Shown here in pieces: positions 1 through 11,942 of a DNA stretch of 58,449 nucleotides. The notes below the pieces were generated by a model, which did not search any database, was not told the DNA's origin, and worked only from the letters and a program-made list of their open reading frames with translations. The DNA comes from Nemertoderma westbladi (Eukaryota; Animalia; Xenacoelomorpha). The stretch covers positions 1-58,449 of the forward strand of contig JAUCBJ010007639.1 of assembly GCA_032718475.1 (NCBI GenBank), written 5' to 3'. The position numbers were made by a program, and so were the translations under genes. How positions within the stretch are numbered: position 1 is the first letter of the stretch; each line of letters starts with the position of its first letter.

Positions 1-1215
1 TCAGTTAATTCTCGATAAATATACGTTACATAAAGTAGTTCTGGATAAATATTAGTTACAGATAAATAATATTCAGTTAATTCTCGATAAATATACGTTA
101 CATAAAGTAGTTCTGGATAAATATTAGTTACAGATAAATAATATTCAGTTAATTCTCGATAAATATTAGTTACAGATAAATAATATTCAGTTAATTCTCG
201 ATAAATATACGTTACATAAAGTAGTTCTGGATAAATATTAGTTACAGATAAATAATATTCAGTTAATTCTCGATAAATATTAGTTACAGATAAATAATAT
301 TCAGTTAATTATCGATAAATATACGTTACATAAAGTAGTTCTGGATAAATATTAGTTACAGATAAATAATATTCAGTTAATTCTCGATAAATATACGTTA
401 CATAAAGTAGTTCTGAATAAATATTAGTTACAGATAAATAATATTCAGTTAATTCTCGATAAATATTAGTTACAGATAAATAATATTCAGTTAATTCTCG
501 ATAAATATAAGTTTCTGATAAATAATATTCAGTTAATTCTCGATAAATATACGTTACATAAAGTAGTTCTGGATAAATATTAGTTACAGATAAATAATAT
601 TCAGTTAATTCTCGATAAATATAAGTTTCTGATAAATATTAGTTACAGATAAATAATATTCAGTTAATTCTCGATAAATATACGTTACATAAAGTAGTTC
701 TGGATAAATATTAGTTACAGATAAATAATATTCAGTTAATTCTCGATAAATATTAGTTACAGATAAATAATATTCAGTTAATTCTCGATAAATATTAGTT
801 ACTGATAAATAATATTCAGTTAATTCTCGATAAATATACGTTACATAAAGTAGTTCTGGATAAATATTAGTTACAGATAAATAATATTCAGTTAATTCTC
901 GATAAATATATTTAAGTTACAGATAAATAATATTCAGTTAATTCTCGATAAATATTAGTTACAGATAAATAATATTCAGTTAATTCTCGATAAATATTAG
1001 TTACAGATAAATAATATTCAGTTAATTCTCGATAAATATACGTTACATAAAGTAGTTCTGGATAAATATTAGTTACAGATAAATAATATTCAGTTAATTC
1101 TCGATAAATATTAGTTACAGATAAATAATATTCAGTTAATTCTCGATAAATATAAGTTTCTGATAAATAATATTCAGTTAATTCTCGATAAATATACGTT
1201 ACATAAAGTAGTTCT
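1..1215. repeat. Minisatellite array of interleaved 42-bp and 30-bp related units (72-bp higher-order period common)
   Basis: The unit tcagttaattctcgataaatattagttacagataaataatat (42 bp) alternates irregularly with a gttacataaagtagttctggataaatatta-type unit (30 bp). The array runs to the window edge. Confidence 0.95.
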
Positions 1216-1944
1216 TTGAAGTCGCCGCCAATCACAATAGCACGAGTTGCTGTTGTGTGGCACAGGGCTTCGTTAAGAAACATACAAATATCTTCTATGG
1301 AGGTGTCCGGGGCAAAATAGAATACAATAAAGTATGCTATATCGGTTTTACTAACAATGAACTGTTGTGAGCGGGATACACAGGAAGGATTTAGAAATGG
1401 TTTCATAGGATCATGAGGCCGCCAGGTGGGCGACCTCTGGGTGGCTTGTAAGCGGGTTCGATGTGTGGATAATAATAATCAGTATTAACCAGTGAAGTGC
1501 CCACATAGAGGGTTTCAGTTAGCAGTAGGACGTCTACATTCCCATAGATCATTTGGTGATAAGTGATCAATTAAATATGTCATTCCTCCTACCCTAGTAG
1601 TCCGTTTGGCTGTGGAGCCCAGTTGGACCCTCGGTGGCTCCCCTATCCGTCGGTATGCCCCGATGTTCGGGACATCGACGGAGACCCAACGACTCGCGTT
1701 CCTTGTTCGTGAGTCTATGGTTCCTTATAGCGATACCCTCGCACCAAAGCGAAGGGTCCATTACCACGTCGCGATTCACCTTGTCGCAGACTATATGAAA
1801 ACTTCTATAGGGCGAATCACCACCCCATAGAGGAAGCGCGATTACGTCATGAAAATGTACACCTTCATCTGAGAGAAACTTCTCTATGTCTTCCTTTGTA
1901 GTTGCGAGGTCCAGGCGTCTGACATGGACATGAGCCTTGTGCAA
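1216..1944 (-). mobile_element. Truncated non-LTR retrotransposon: ORF1 C-terminus plus N-terminal half of the APE endonuclease
   Basis: 1594-1944 reads VHVRRL..TT..I..FL...SF.I.......P.LW.EGI.IR, an RRM-type LINE ORF1 signature. About 1510-1545 reads GNVDVLLLTETL (APE start). 1216-1406 ends in IVIGGDF (GDFN motif). Frameshifted. Confidence 0.75.
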
Positions 1945-2199
1945 GGGAGTGGGGGGGGGGGTTATTTTGTAAATGAAAACAATTCAATGTATATAAATGG
2001 GATACGCCAATAACCATACTGCAAATTTCTAGTTACAGTGGTTGAATTGTACCAATTAATAAAAAATTTGGGTAAAATATTACGAATTTAAATTAATACA
2101 AAATTGAATACTTTAAACTTGAACTTTAACGTTTTTTTATATTAAGATACAATATAGCAATTAAACAAATCAAAACTCCAAATAATAAACAAAAAAAAT

Positions 2200-2720
2200 A
2201 TAAAATATATTGTATGCAGTGTGTGGGTGGAGGACATGTAGGGTTAGCCACAATAGCATGATGCTAGTCATGGCAGCCAACCAACCAAGAAGAAGATAAT
2301 GAAATAATAATATTATTAGTTATCTAACACGATTAAGTACGATTGCTATGTAGGCGGCATGTTATGTATTATTTGATTTATTAAAATATAATTAAATTCA
2401 AAGTTAACTAGGATGTGGCAGGGCCGGGCTGTCTTTAAGTTTTCAATTTATATAATTATTAAGATAGATATATTATTGTGGGTTGTGTGCCATAAAGAGA
2501 AACACCTGGAGAAAGAAAATTCATAATCAAATATGTATTTAGTAAAACAAATATTTAATTAAAAGTTTGATATTGAAAGTGGTCAAGAATGTCGGATCTT
2601 AATTTACGTTTGAAAATAAATTTTGATTTCGAGGTGATAATATCCATAGGAAGTCCATTAAAAATACTGCACCTGTTACAGCTATTGATTGATGATAACC
2701 TACCACACACTGCCATTGGC
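2200..2720 (-). mobile_element. 3' end remnant of an L2/CR1-like LINE
   Basis: The minus strand at ~2585-2680 reads FNGLPMDIITSKSKFIFKRKLRSDIL, like the WN.LP...FK..LK ORF2 terminus. It is followed by a UTR-like stretch with a small hairpin near 2240-2280. Confidence 0.45.
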
Positions 2721-3005
2721 TGCATTAATCATACCATTTACAGACTGTGCGCACCTACCGTACCACTCTCTCATGTGATCAATTTCTTTAATGACCAGGT
2801 TGTCCCGCCTGTTACCCAAATAATTAATATTTCCTTCATACTATGTTCTGAGTAGACTGTAACTGTTGATTCTCGAGTAATATATAAATTGAAATCATTA
2901 GGTTATAATTTATACTCATAATTAATTATATAATAATATAATATGTACGAACTAATGTATCTACATTAAAATACTGTCACTTTTTCTATTTCCCGCATAA
3001 CTAAC

Positions 3006-6000
3006 ACTTATGCGCTTTTCATCTCTGTCTAAGTTATCCAGTATGCTGAGATTTGTGATGTAGAGGATATGATTCGCGATTGCCTCTTCTATTGTTCCTT
3101 CACTCAGTACTGTACTAAGCAAATCATCATCTACCTTGAAACTAAAACAAATAATAGGATACGAAATAAACATAATTAAAATCTAAAATAAAATACTAGA
3201 CTGACTTAACAATTTGTAACATATTTTTCATTCAATTAACTTAGTTTTTGATCTCAATTAACATCGTACTACCAGTTTCTGCTACCACTTGCTTCAAGCC
3301 AACTCTGAAGTGAAGTAAGTTCACGGATCCCCTAACATGGTTTCAGGAATGTGAACCATTCCTGGACAACAGTTAATCCATAAATGGCAAGTCAATTGAA
3401 TTATTTTGTTACGAAGCAACAAAAGGCGGATTGAGATCATATCAATAAGAAGATTATATAACATCTATTTCCATTTGACAAGGAAAATACGATTTAGCCA
3501 ACGATAATAATAATGACAATAATGCCAGCCACAGTCTGTCGTTTTTATGTACACCAAGCGCTGGAATATTGTGTATATTCAGGAACCTGATGCCCCCACA
3601 CACACACCTCCACATCGTTTTAAGAGTGAAAGAAATTTGAAACATAGATAGTTTCAACTGCCTCCTTAGTAGGTGCGAACCAGAATTATTAGTTTTGCGT
3701 ACAATATATCAAATTAGACTCGGGCATTGGAAATTTGCATGATTTTGCATCATCGCGTGGCTATTTTATTATTTTTAACACCATTATTCTGGAACATTTC
3801 TTAAGTAGGCGAGCACAAACAACAATGCAATACCTCCATACTAATACCAGCAGTATGCAGCTATTCCTATATAAACAAAATGTTCCATAACTAAGGTGTA
3901 TTTATACCCAATATTGCATACCATCCTGATACCGACCCTACCCTCCTGCTGGCACTTCTCTTCTGCATTCCTAACATCTCTCTCTTCCGCAAACCAATGT
4001 GTCTAGAATAGTTACTTACTTTTTAGGGATACTGGTGCACCTTTCAATAAGAAAAGGAAGACATCCAGCAAGGCGTTGATTACCAAACCAAGAATCTCTT
4101 CGCCAGGGCTCAAGTACATTTGACTTATGGAAACTCATTTTGTAAACACTCTCCAATGCATGAAACGTATGAAATTTCGGTGCACTGATCGCAATCAATT
4201 TTGATTCAACGGATAGTTTTCCTTTATCCTCCAATAAACCCATCTGAAATATCAATGTCATTTAATAATAGTACTCTTAACTTGAGAGCAGATTTAGATT
4301 TACATTATTGATACCACACATCCAAAAGTTTGCCACCAACACTGAACTTGTCAACAACATACCTCACACTATGTTTGGTGCCAGTAGCGATCTTCTCATC
4401 AAACTGAGACAGAAAGGTGTTGGCGAGTATGGCCCTAATGGGGACCACATAGCCCCCCATCTTTCTAACAGACGTAGTTCCCACGGTGAGCTAAGAATAC
4501 AACATCCTTTACCAGCTAACAGCATACAGTAAGGCGAATTAATTGGTCTTTGCTGATTTGCTGCCAGTCTGGTGTTGCATGTTCAATAGATCGGAAGCAA
4601 GCTTCACCGCCTCTCTCAATGGGACGTTAGTGAACATCTACCTCCAGTTTGGAGAGACTTCCAGCTCACATTGACATGCTATGCTGGCTTGAAAAAAAAA
4701 TTTCAACCATGCAATCAAAAATAGACATGCCCAATGCATGCCTTTTGTATAATTCGAACTTTCCGAATTCATGCATTCGAAAACACTTCCATCACATGAT
4801 TGTTCTGTTGCCTCAGATGCAAGGGCCTCATACCTGTTGCTCAGCCTGGTGTGAAGCTGGATCTCACAATAAGCTATTGCAATAGAGAGCACCAATTATG
4901 CCGTGGTAAGGTAGATTTCTTAGTTCAGCTAGCGCAGAGATTAAATCTTACATTAGTATATATAATATAATATTGTAATAAAATTGTAATATTTCTTTAA
5001 ACTTTGTTTAATCTACTTCTAATATAATCTATTATTACAGGACCGCCTTCCTGTAGTATAAGTAAGTCTCCTGTACGAGATATGTGCCACGAAAATATAT
5101 ACTCTATCACATCAAAAATGTATTGAATATTACTGTACAGTAGAATAAAGAGAACCCATTCCAAACCTACCACATAATTCAATCCAAATTGTTCTTCTGT
5201 TGGAATTTGTTTTACATGTTTTGGAAAACTGGGACGCGAAGATGGAACAATATCAAACCTCGCCCTCTGATATATAATATTAGCTATTCTTTCATCGAGA
5301 CATTTATCCTCCTTAAAGTAAGATAATAATAATTAAAATATAGCAATAATTATAGTATAGTATATTAAGCACATCGGGCATTTAAGTATAATTTGCAATG
5401 TGTCATTTAAGCCTCTTTTCTAGTACAATCCATTATTGAGCTTATGCAACCCATTGGATAAAGAGATCCAGCAATAAGTAGGAATGTATTTCACAAATAT
5501 ATTGCTTGTTTCATTTGAAAATCTAATAATAGATTAATCCTCATTTATTAAAGCTATTATAACAAATTAGAAGAAAATTCTCAACCTGTGGCAGTAAACA
5601 ATCATTTTCTTCAACCATAAGTGGACGATCTGGCAATATCCATCTATGGCACGGAAATACATAAACATGGTCAATACTTCCTCGTTTTACTTCAAACCTT
5701 TCCACAAACCTTTGGTAAATTAAAGATCAGATAAATATTATAATTGAAAATAACTAGTATAAGTTAACAATAATCAAATAATGTGAATAATTCATATAAA
5801 ATACCTGTAAGTAATACCATTTCCCGCCATTCTGATTATTATGTTTTCCCATTCACCTTCCCATACTAATTCTCACATTCCCAAATTCCTACATTCTTAT
5901 CTTCCCACATTTCCAGATTCCTAAAATCCCACCTTTCCAGACTCCCTTCTTCTCACATTCCCAACCACATACCTACCTTACCACACACCGACGCCTGTGC

Positions 6001-8001
6001 CCAAACTTGAGCTTTGGCAGCCCCATGGAGAAAATAAATATGGTGGACAGCCCATGACTTTCATGAGACGCCTCCTAAAGGACACTGGTCTTGAACATGA
6101 TGATAATCTCGCGAAAGTTATGGGGAAAAGGGAGTTGTGGCAGTGCAGCGTTGTTGATAAGCCGGCATAGCATTATTAATTCATGCTGCATTGGGGCAGG
6201 TCAATAATTGTGGATTGCATGGTGGTGACAAAATGTTCTGGCATAGCCTCTCAATGTGCAGTTTCAATGCAGCAGGCCAATTATAGTAGTACCACCAGCG
6301 TAGCATTCTTGTGAATGCGCCATCCAGAGATTTGGTGTCCTGAGCATTTAAAGCCCAGCATGGACTCCCACAAAGGAGTACAAAATGTAATAAAAATGTA
6401 ATAAAATAAGTAAAATTGTGATAAAAATTTTGAAATGATTTACCAAACGAAATAATTAGCAAATCAAAATTTAATTCACATTTTACTTTACCGCTGGAAT
6501 GAAAACGTTAGATAAAAAAGTACGATAATTTATGTATTAAATTAATGAGCGAATCTTGGTAGGTACACTAGAGGGCGCCAAAAACCAACCATAGATTCGG
6601 CATCTTGGTAGGTACACTAGAGGGCGCTAAAAACCAACCATAGATTCGGCAGTATTTACGACTACGGGATAAGACAGGTGACATTTGTGTGCATCTTACA
6701 GCATTGGCCTTCATCAATATAATAATAATTGTTAGAAATGAAAAACTAGGGAAATCTTTACACTTACCAATCTGATGAATTATTTGGGTTTACCCGAATT
6801 AGTATTTTATGAATGTTTCCCAGATGCTTAATTCCTTCAATGTTGAAAGTGTCTATTTCCCCTGCCATAAATACGCCCTATAGTAAATCAATTCAAAATT
6901 ATATATACAATAACATAAATATACAATAAAGGGTGTCTTAACAAATTGACACTACTACTTTATTGTTCAATAACTCGGTCAGAAATTGTTGACAATTTGC
7001 AAAGATTTAACAGCTTCCCCATTGACTTTTGGTATTAGGTAGTTTATTTACTTTAACTTGTCAAAAGTTATGCGAGTAATAACATGGCATAACATATTAA
7101 ATAGGCCAATCACTATTTAGAAGATACATCCTAAAGTTTAGGTGAGAGATCTGACTCTCAGATGATACCCAAAGTACCGCGCCGACGTCACACATTCGAA
7201 ACTGTCTTTAATTTACTTTATTATTGGTATTTTGGGTGTTTCATATTATTATAACTTTTTGTTGGACACACAGCTTTGCAAAGTCAGCAACGACTTCCAG
7301 GTGGGATCGAATAAGTGACCTCCATGTTGGAAGTGTGAAGATCTAACCATTCTGCTAGGGACTCAGGTAAAAGGTAGACCTGGAAATACTACCCGATACC
7401 TTGTTTGTCCGCAATTTACGACCTAATGGCCCCCCATATCAGATAACTTTATCAGAAATACCGAAGCTAAATTTGAATACTGATCTGAAATGAAGTCACG
7501 GACCAAGAAAACCCATTTTGGAAATTTTTTAGACAAATGGTAAGCTTTCTATTGTTTTTGGAGAGATACTGACGGACAAACCGACAGTCAAACGGACAGA
7601 CAGATATTTCTCAAGAAGTAAGAAAGGTCTTGCTCAAAGGTTTTCAAATTTTTAATTTTAATAAACATCTGCTCTAGATGAAAATGAAAAAAATGTAAAA
7701 AAAATTTGAAGCAGGGCTAATCCCCCCCCCCCCCCCCCCCCTTACTACTCCAACCTGGTACACTTATATTATAGTATGTTCTTGTTCACTTTAATTATTA
7801 ACTTACGCTGAATTTATATTCCTCACTTATTTGGCCATGTTCGTCCATTAATTTTACAAATATAGCACCAATAGTGCTAGCTTGTTTAATTTCACCGGTG
7901 ATCACACGAATCCATGCCCAATCTGGTGAGTTCTCGCCAGCGGAATTCCGGCTGCGCGTTGGAGCCAGTATGGCTTGTGTTATCGAAAGCACCTTCCCCA
8001 T
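3006..8001 (-). CDS. Lipoxygenase (PLAT domain + start of catalytic domain), 5' part only. Exons 8001-7807, 6877-6768, 5709-5586, 5311-5171, 4243-4020, 3141-3006
   Basis: Six GT-AG exons join in frame (phases 0,2,0,0,2,0). PLAT motifs: WIRVITG..., GEIDTF, DWFVERFEV, FPCHRW. LOX motifs: W..DSWFGNQRLAG..P..IERCTSIP.NFKV and TIEEAI....LYI.NL..L. The iron-binding exons would lie left of the window. Confidence 0.88.
4330..4640 (-). mobile_element. Degenerate Penelope-like element reverse transcriptase fragment
   Basis: The minus strand reads FTNVPLREAV ... ILANTFLSQFDE ... VRYV(V)D, matching the Penelope RT motifs SLFTNVP / LAN.FM / RYVDD. Stops and frameshifts are present. Confidence 0.6.
5990..6380. 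mobile_element. RTE-like LINE 3' fragments in opposite orientations
   Basis: Plus strand 5990-6150 reads LELWQPHGENKYGGQPMTF..LLKDTG...VM..RELW. Minus strand ~6300-6380 reads CWAL.....SLDGAFTRMLR. Both resemble the RTE ORF C-terminal region. Confidence 0.5.
6553..6650. repeat. 49-bp direct tandem duplication containing a CTCF-like motif
   Basis: atcttggtaggtacactagagggcgc(c/t)aaaaaccaaccatagattcggc occurs twice. Confidence 0.85.
7284..7354 (-). mobile_element. tRNA-derived SINE head
   Basis: The minus strand has gagtcccTAGCAGAATGGttag (A box) ... TTCGATCCC (B-box-like). No complete cloverleaf or acceptor stem. Confidence 0.45.
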
Positions 8002-8460
8002 CTCAGCTGTTGTGCAAATTACATTTAAACAGCAAAGTCGTTCATTTGTAGTTTCTGTGTTTTATCATGCAATTGCAGCCTACCTTATAGAGGCTGGTTT
8101 ACCCTATAGACACTTATAAATTAAATATGCAAAATTGTAAAACTAAAAAGCAAAACAACAAGCATGTAATTTTTGCTTTGCTTAAAAATACAAAGATATT
8201 ACTTTAATAAATATTAAAGGTTAACATATATATGACTGGCTTACTATATAAGACTTATATCGTAACTTTATTTGTTAATTTATGACAACTAATCTTTCTT
8301 TTTCCATTTTAGCCTTTATGAAAAGAGTAATTATGAGTATTATGATTTATTGTCAAATAGCATGTTAATTTTATTACGTCATCAAATATTATTAGTAAAA
8401 TTAATTGGTGAATTAAGTTTGTTACTATTGTTAATTCTGGAATAGAAATGTTGCCTTCGG

Positions 8461-8714
8461 GGGTAAACGCTACGCCTACACATACGCCTACGCCTACACA
8501 CCTACACCTACTTGTAAGCATGTTAGTAAAGAACCAGGTTACAGAGGCGAGTTGAAAGGAACCAAAACAATAAACTAGAGTTCGGAATATTGTAGAAAAC
8601 ACAATTTAATTGCGAATTAACAACTTGATAAACAACATTCAGATGTATAGGCCTACCTGCTAACGGTACAAGTACGTGTAGACGTAGGTGTAGGTGTAGG
8701 CGAAGCGTTTACCC
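8461..8714. mobile_element. MITE with ~35-bp terminal inverted repeats
   Basis: gggtaaacgctacgcctacac... at the left end and ...gtgtaggcgaagcgtttaccc at the right end. Confidence 0.7.
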
Positions 8715-9078
8715 TCGTTATCTCCAAGTTCAATATGATGTATTGTTTTGGATATATTCATATAGATTGTGCAGTAAGATTATATTCTAAGTGCATGTAA
8801 ACTGCAACCCAATCAATCTATATGCATGCATGTTCATTTATTTCCAAACAACACTCACTAAAAACACTCATTAAATAAGCCATACTATACCATCTGGCAA
8901 TTATTGACAATATTGAGAAAAAACATTGAAGTATATATTTGAAGCAAAATAAGTAGATAGATGGGAGGATAGTCAAGCCCAAACAATCGAATTCGGCTAT
9001 ATTGTATGACCGATATTAATTAATGACGCAAAATGATAACAAACATGTAAATGTATTTCGTGGGTTTTTAAAAAATTA

Positions 9079-9670
9079 TTTTTATTCCAAAATTGTAACA
9101 TTACTCAATGCCGTTAGTATTAACAGCGAGTTGATATTTAGCACTTTAAACTTTAGACATTACATCATTGTATTGGCCTGTACATTTAGTGTATTGGTGT
9201 TGTAATGTCCCTCTTGTTTATATGGTAACCCATGTCGGCGAGCTGTAAAGATATGGCGTCATTGGTTACCACGTAAGCAATAGGTGGTAATTGCCTGATA
9301 GCCAGATAGGCCTACTGCATTACCTACCGGTAGCTATTAATAACCAGTAGCTATAAACTATTAACATGGCTCCAAATGCCACCATAAATATAAGCTAACT
9401 TTTTTATAACATAATTTATGTCATTTTTACATTTAATTATACAGCAACTAATGTAATTTGTGCAGTTTCTATCACTAATAATATATATACAATCATTTCA
9501 TAATGTTACAATTTCGGAAGAAAACTACATACATACTTGCTTCAAAGTACTTTACAGTGTTCTGATCCTCGTGGCTTTATTTCACTCACTCAATACGTTC
9601 GTTCGTGTAGCAAAGCACTCGGATTATCACACTGAAAAGTGCTACTTTACACACAAGTATGTAAATAATT
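9079..9670 (+). repeat. Dispersed non-coding repeat, copy 1 (inverted copy at ~23945-24530)
   Basis: Colinear reverse-complement matches, e.g. gtgttctgatcctcgtggctttattt vs aaataaagccacgaggatcagaacac, and taataaccagtagctataaactattaacatg vs its reverse complement. Confidence 0.9.
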
Positions 9671-10882
9671 ATAATTTTAATTAATATATTAAGGGAAAGG
9701 AGCTGGTTACAGTGATTTCGAAGCGAAACAATAAACGAAACATTATTTCACTTGCGTTTATTTCCCATACCAAAAACGTGTTGCACAACACTGAATATAT
9801 AAATAAATCACAATTCCGGCAGGCAAAATAAAATAAAGTGAATGAACCTTTAGTTTAAGTTTAAGTAGAATCACGTATATACGTACAGTAAATTTACTTG
9901 ATAAAATACAATGAAAAAAACACATAGTTTAAAAACATATGTACATAATAAAATTAACTCGAAGTATATCAGTGTAATATTATACAGTAAAACACGGTAG
10001 ACATCAATAAACGAGGTAGACATCAATAAAACAGAAAAGTTGAATTCAACAGTAAAAAATGTACAACAATATTAGATTAAAATGGAGGGATGTCCTTATG
10101 ACACCCCTCGTCGTCGTGTTGCCACCACTGTCTGCCTCTACCGTTATTGCTGAAGCAAAGAAGAGAGAACAAAAAATACTGATACTATAATAATATTGTT
10201 CCAATTGACTCCATATGATTTATTGATTTCAGTTTTTGTACTATCATGTTGTACATTGAATTATAACGGCAGCATTTTCACATAGTCTACTTTCAAATTT
10301 GTTTTAGGTTGTGGCACAAAAAAACTGAAAATAATTTCATGTTTAACCATATTAGGAATGAGAGGAGATTTAAATATTTAAAAATTGGCTAAAAACACCG
10401 TTAAATTAGTTAAACACTCCTTTAAATTGCTTTTTAAATAATACAAAAATTATGAATTTAATGTAAAAAATATAAAGAATAATTTTCATTGATGAATGTG
10501 TATGGACATACATGAGTTATGTTGCATACACACATCATTATGTGCCTATATTGTAATGGGAGAGAGAGCTTGGTGAGAAATCAATAACTATCCATGTAAC
10601 ATGTTAAAACGTATTCCCTTGTATATATTACTATAGTTTATAATGCTTTTGCATAGAAGCAATGATCAAATGGATACCATGCTGTGTTTTAAAGTACACA
10701 ATCTTGGGAATGCCACTGATGGTAGTAGCAATAATGGATGCGCTATCTTATTATTATCCTACGTACTTAATACTCCATGATTTAATTAAAAAGAAGATGG
10801 TTATAATTATGGTTAGAAGAGGCTAAACATTATATTGTAATAAGTTGTTCAGAAATGGAAAAAATATGAGAAAGCGCATCAC

Positions 10883-10957
10883 CGTGGATTGAACCAGCGC
10901 TATACGTACGTTTCAGCCTATCAGGCCTCTTCAGTAGCGCTAATAGGTTCAGCCACG
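10883..10957 (-). ncRNA. Minimal type I hammerhead ribozyme (Penelope/retrozyme type)
   Basis: Minus strand: agcgcta-CTGAAGA-ggcct-gat-aggct-GAAA-cgtacg-TA-tagcgct. The core is complete, with stem I (7 bp), stem II (5 bp) and a palindromic stem III. Stem I is extended by tgaacc/ggttca and cgtgg/ccacg. Confidence 0.85.
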
Positions 10958-11942
10958 CTCCTCTGACCCTCACCTTTCTATTTAGTCCAATTCTAAACAT
11001 TATAGACATTGTTACATGACTCTTCGATTCGAATGTATAATTGTGTAATAGTCTGTTTATTACTTGTGCTCAGCGTGTCATCATATGGAATATCAATGGT
11101 GGACACATACCTGATATAATTTCGTTGATCCTATCTCCCAGCCTATTATTGGGGTCGGGGGTGGTGCACTATGCACCACATGTATTATCAGCTTCGAATT
11201 ATTGTTTCTATGGTATCTATATGTAATTGCCATGTACATTGTCAAAATTTTGATCTTAATTTTGAAATTAAGATTAGGGACTGCTTCAGTATTACCCATT
11301 CTACAAAGCAACCAAACAATTGAAACCAAAATAAGGTATTGGCAAGGCAACAGTTGCAGATATAATCTTATTTTAATCAGGTTAAGCGGTTCTATAATAC
11401 TATACTGGTAATCATTTAGCATACCGTTTACATGTTAGACTCTTAACGTGTTATTTTGTTACTGCTTGGGTGATGTCAACTGTACAATGCCTTTTATAGG
11501 TATAATACTATTAATCTCTCACATAATCTCCTTGTCACTAAATTCGAATTGGCAACTAGTTAAACCAACATTATGGACAGTTAGTTATTAATGTTTGATT
11601 CAAACATTTTCAATCGATAATCCAAAATTGGCATTTACCCTATGTTTTTCGAAACAATGAAATTCTTGGGGGAAGTTTTTGAAAGAAGTATAATAACTCG
11701 AGATGCCAAGTTTGTATTGTTTAAAGAATTATTAAGCTCTTACACCAATTAAAGTTAAAATGTCATTATAATACAACTTGTTCGATAATGTGGCGAAGTC
11801 TGAGATGTTTACAGTTCAATAAATGTCATATTATTAAATAAATTATATTGAATTAGTAGTATTTTAAATGTATTCGTTTATTTCAAGTTTTGTAGTGCCA
11901 GGTGAATTGATACGAAATTACATCGATTAACTCAGTAACAAT

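Noticed and set aside
1-1215. CRISPR-like appearance of regular repeats (also 35125-35450)
   Set aside because: No unique spacers, no cas genes, eukaryotic context; these are plain tandem arrays.
5990-6380. Twin-priming inversion of a LINE
   Set aside because: The inverted upstream piece lies on the wrong side of the 3' piece for twin priming.
7284-7354. Functional tRNA gene (also 40333-40400)
   Set aside because: Only A/B-box-like motifs; the stems do not close, so these are better explained as SINE heads.
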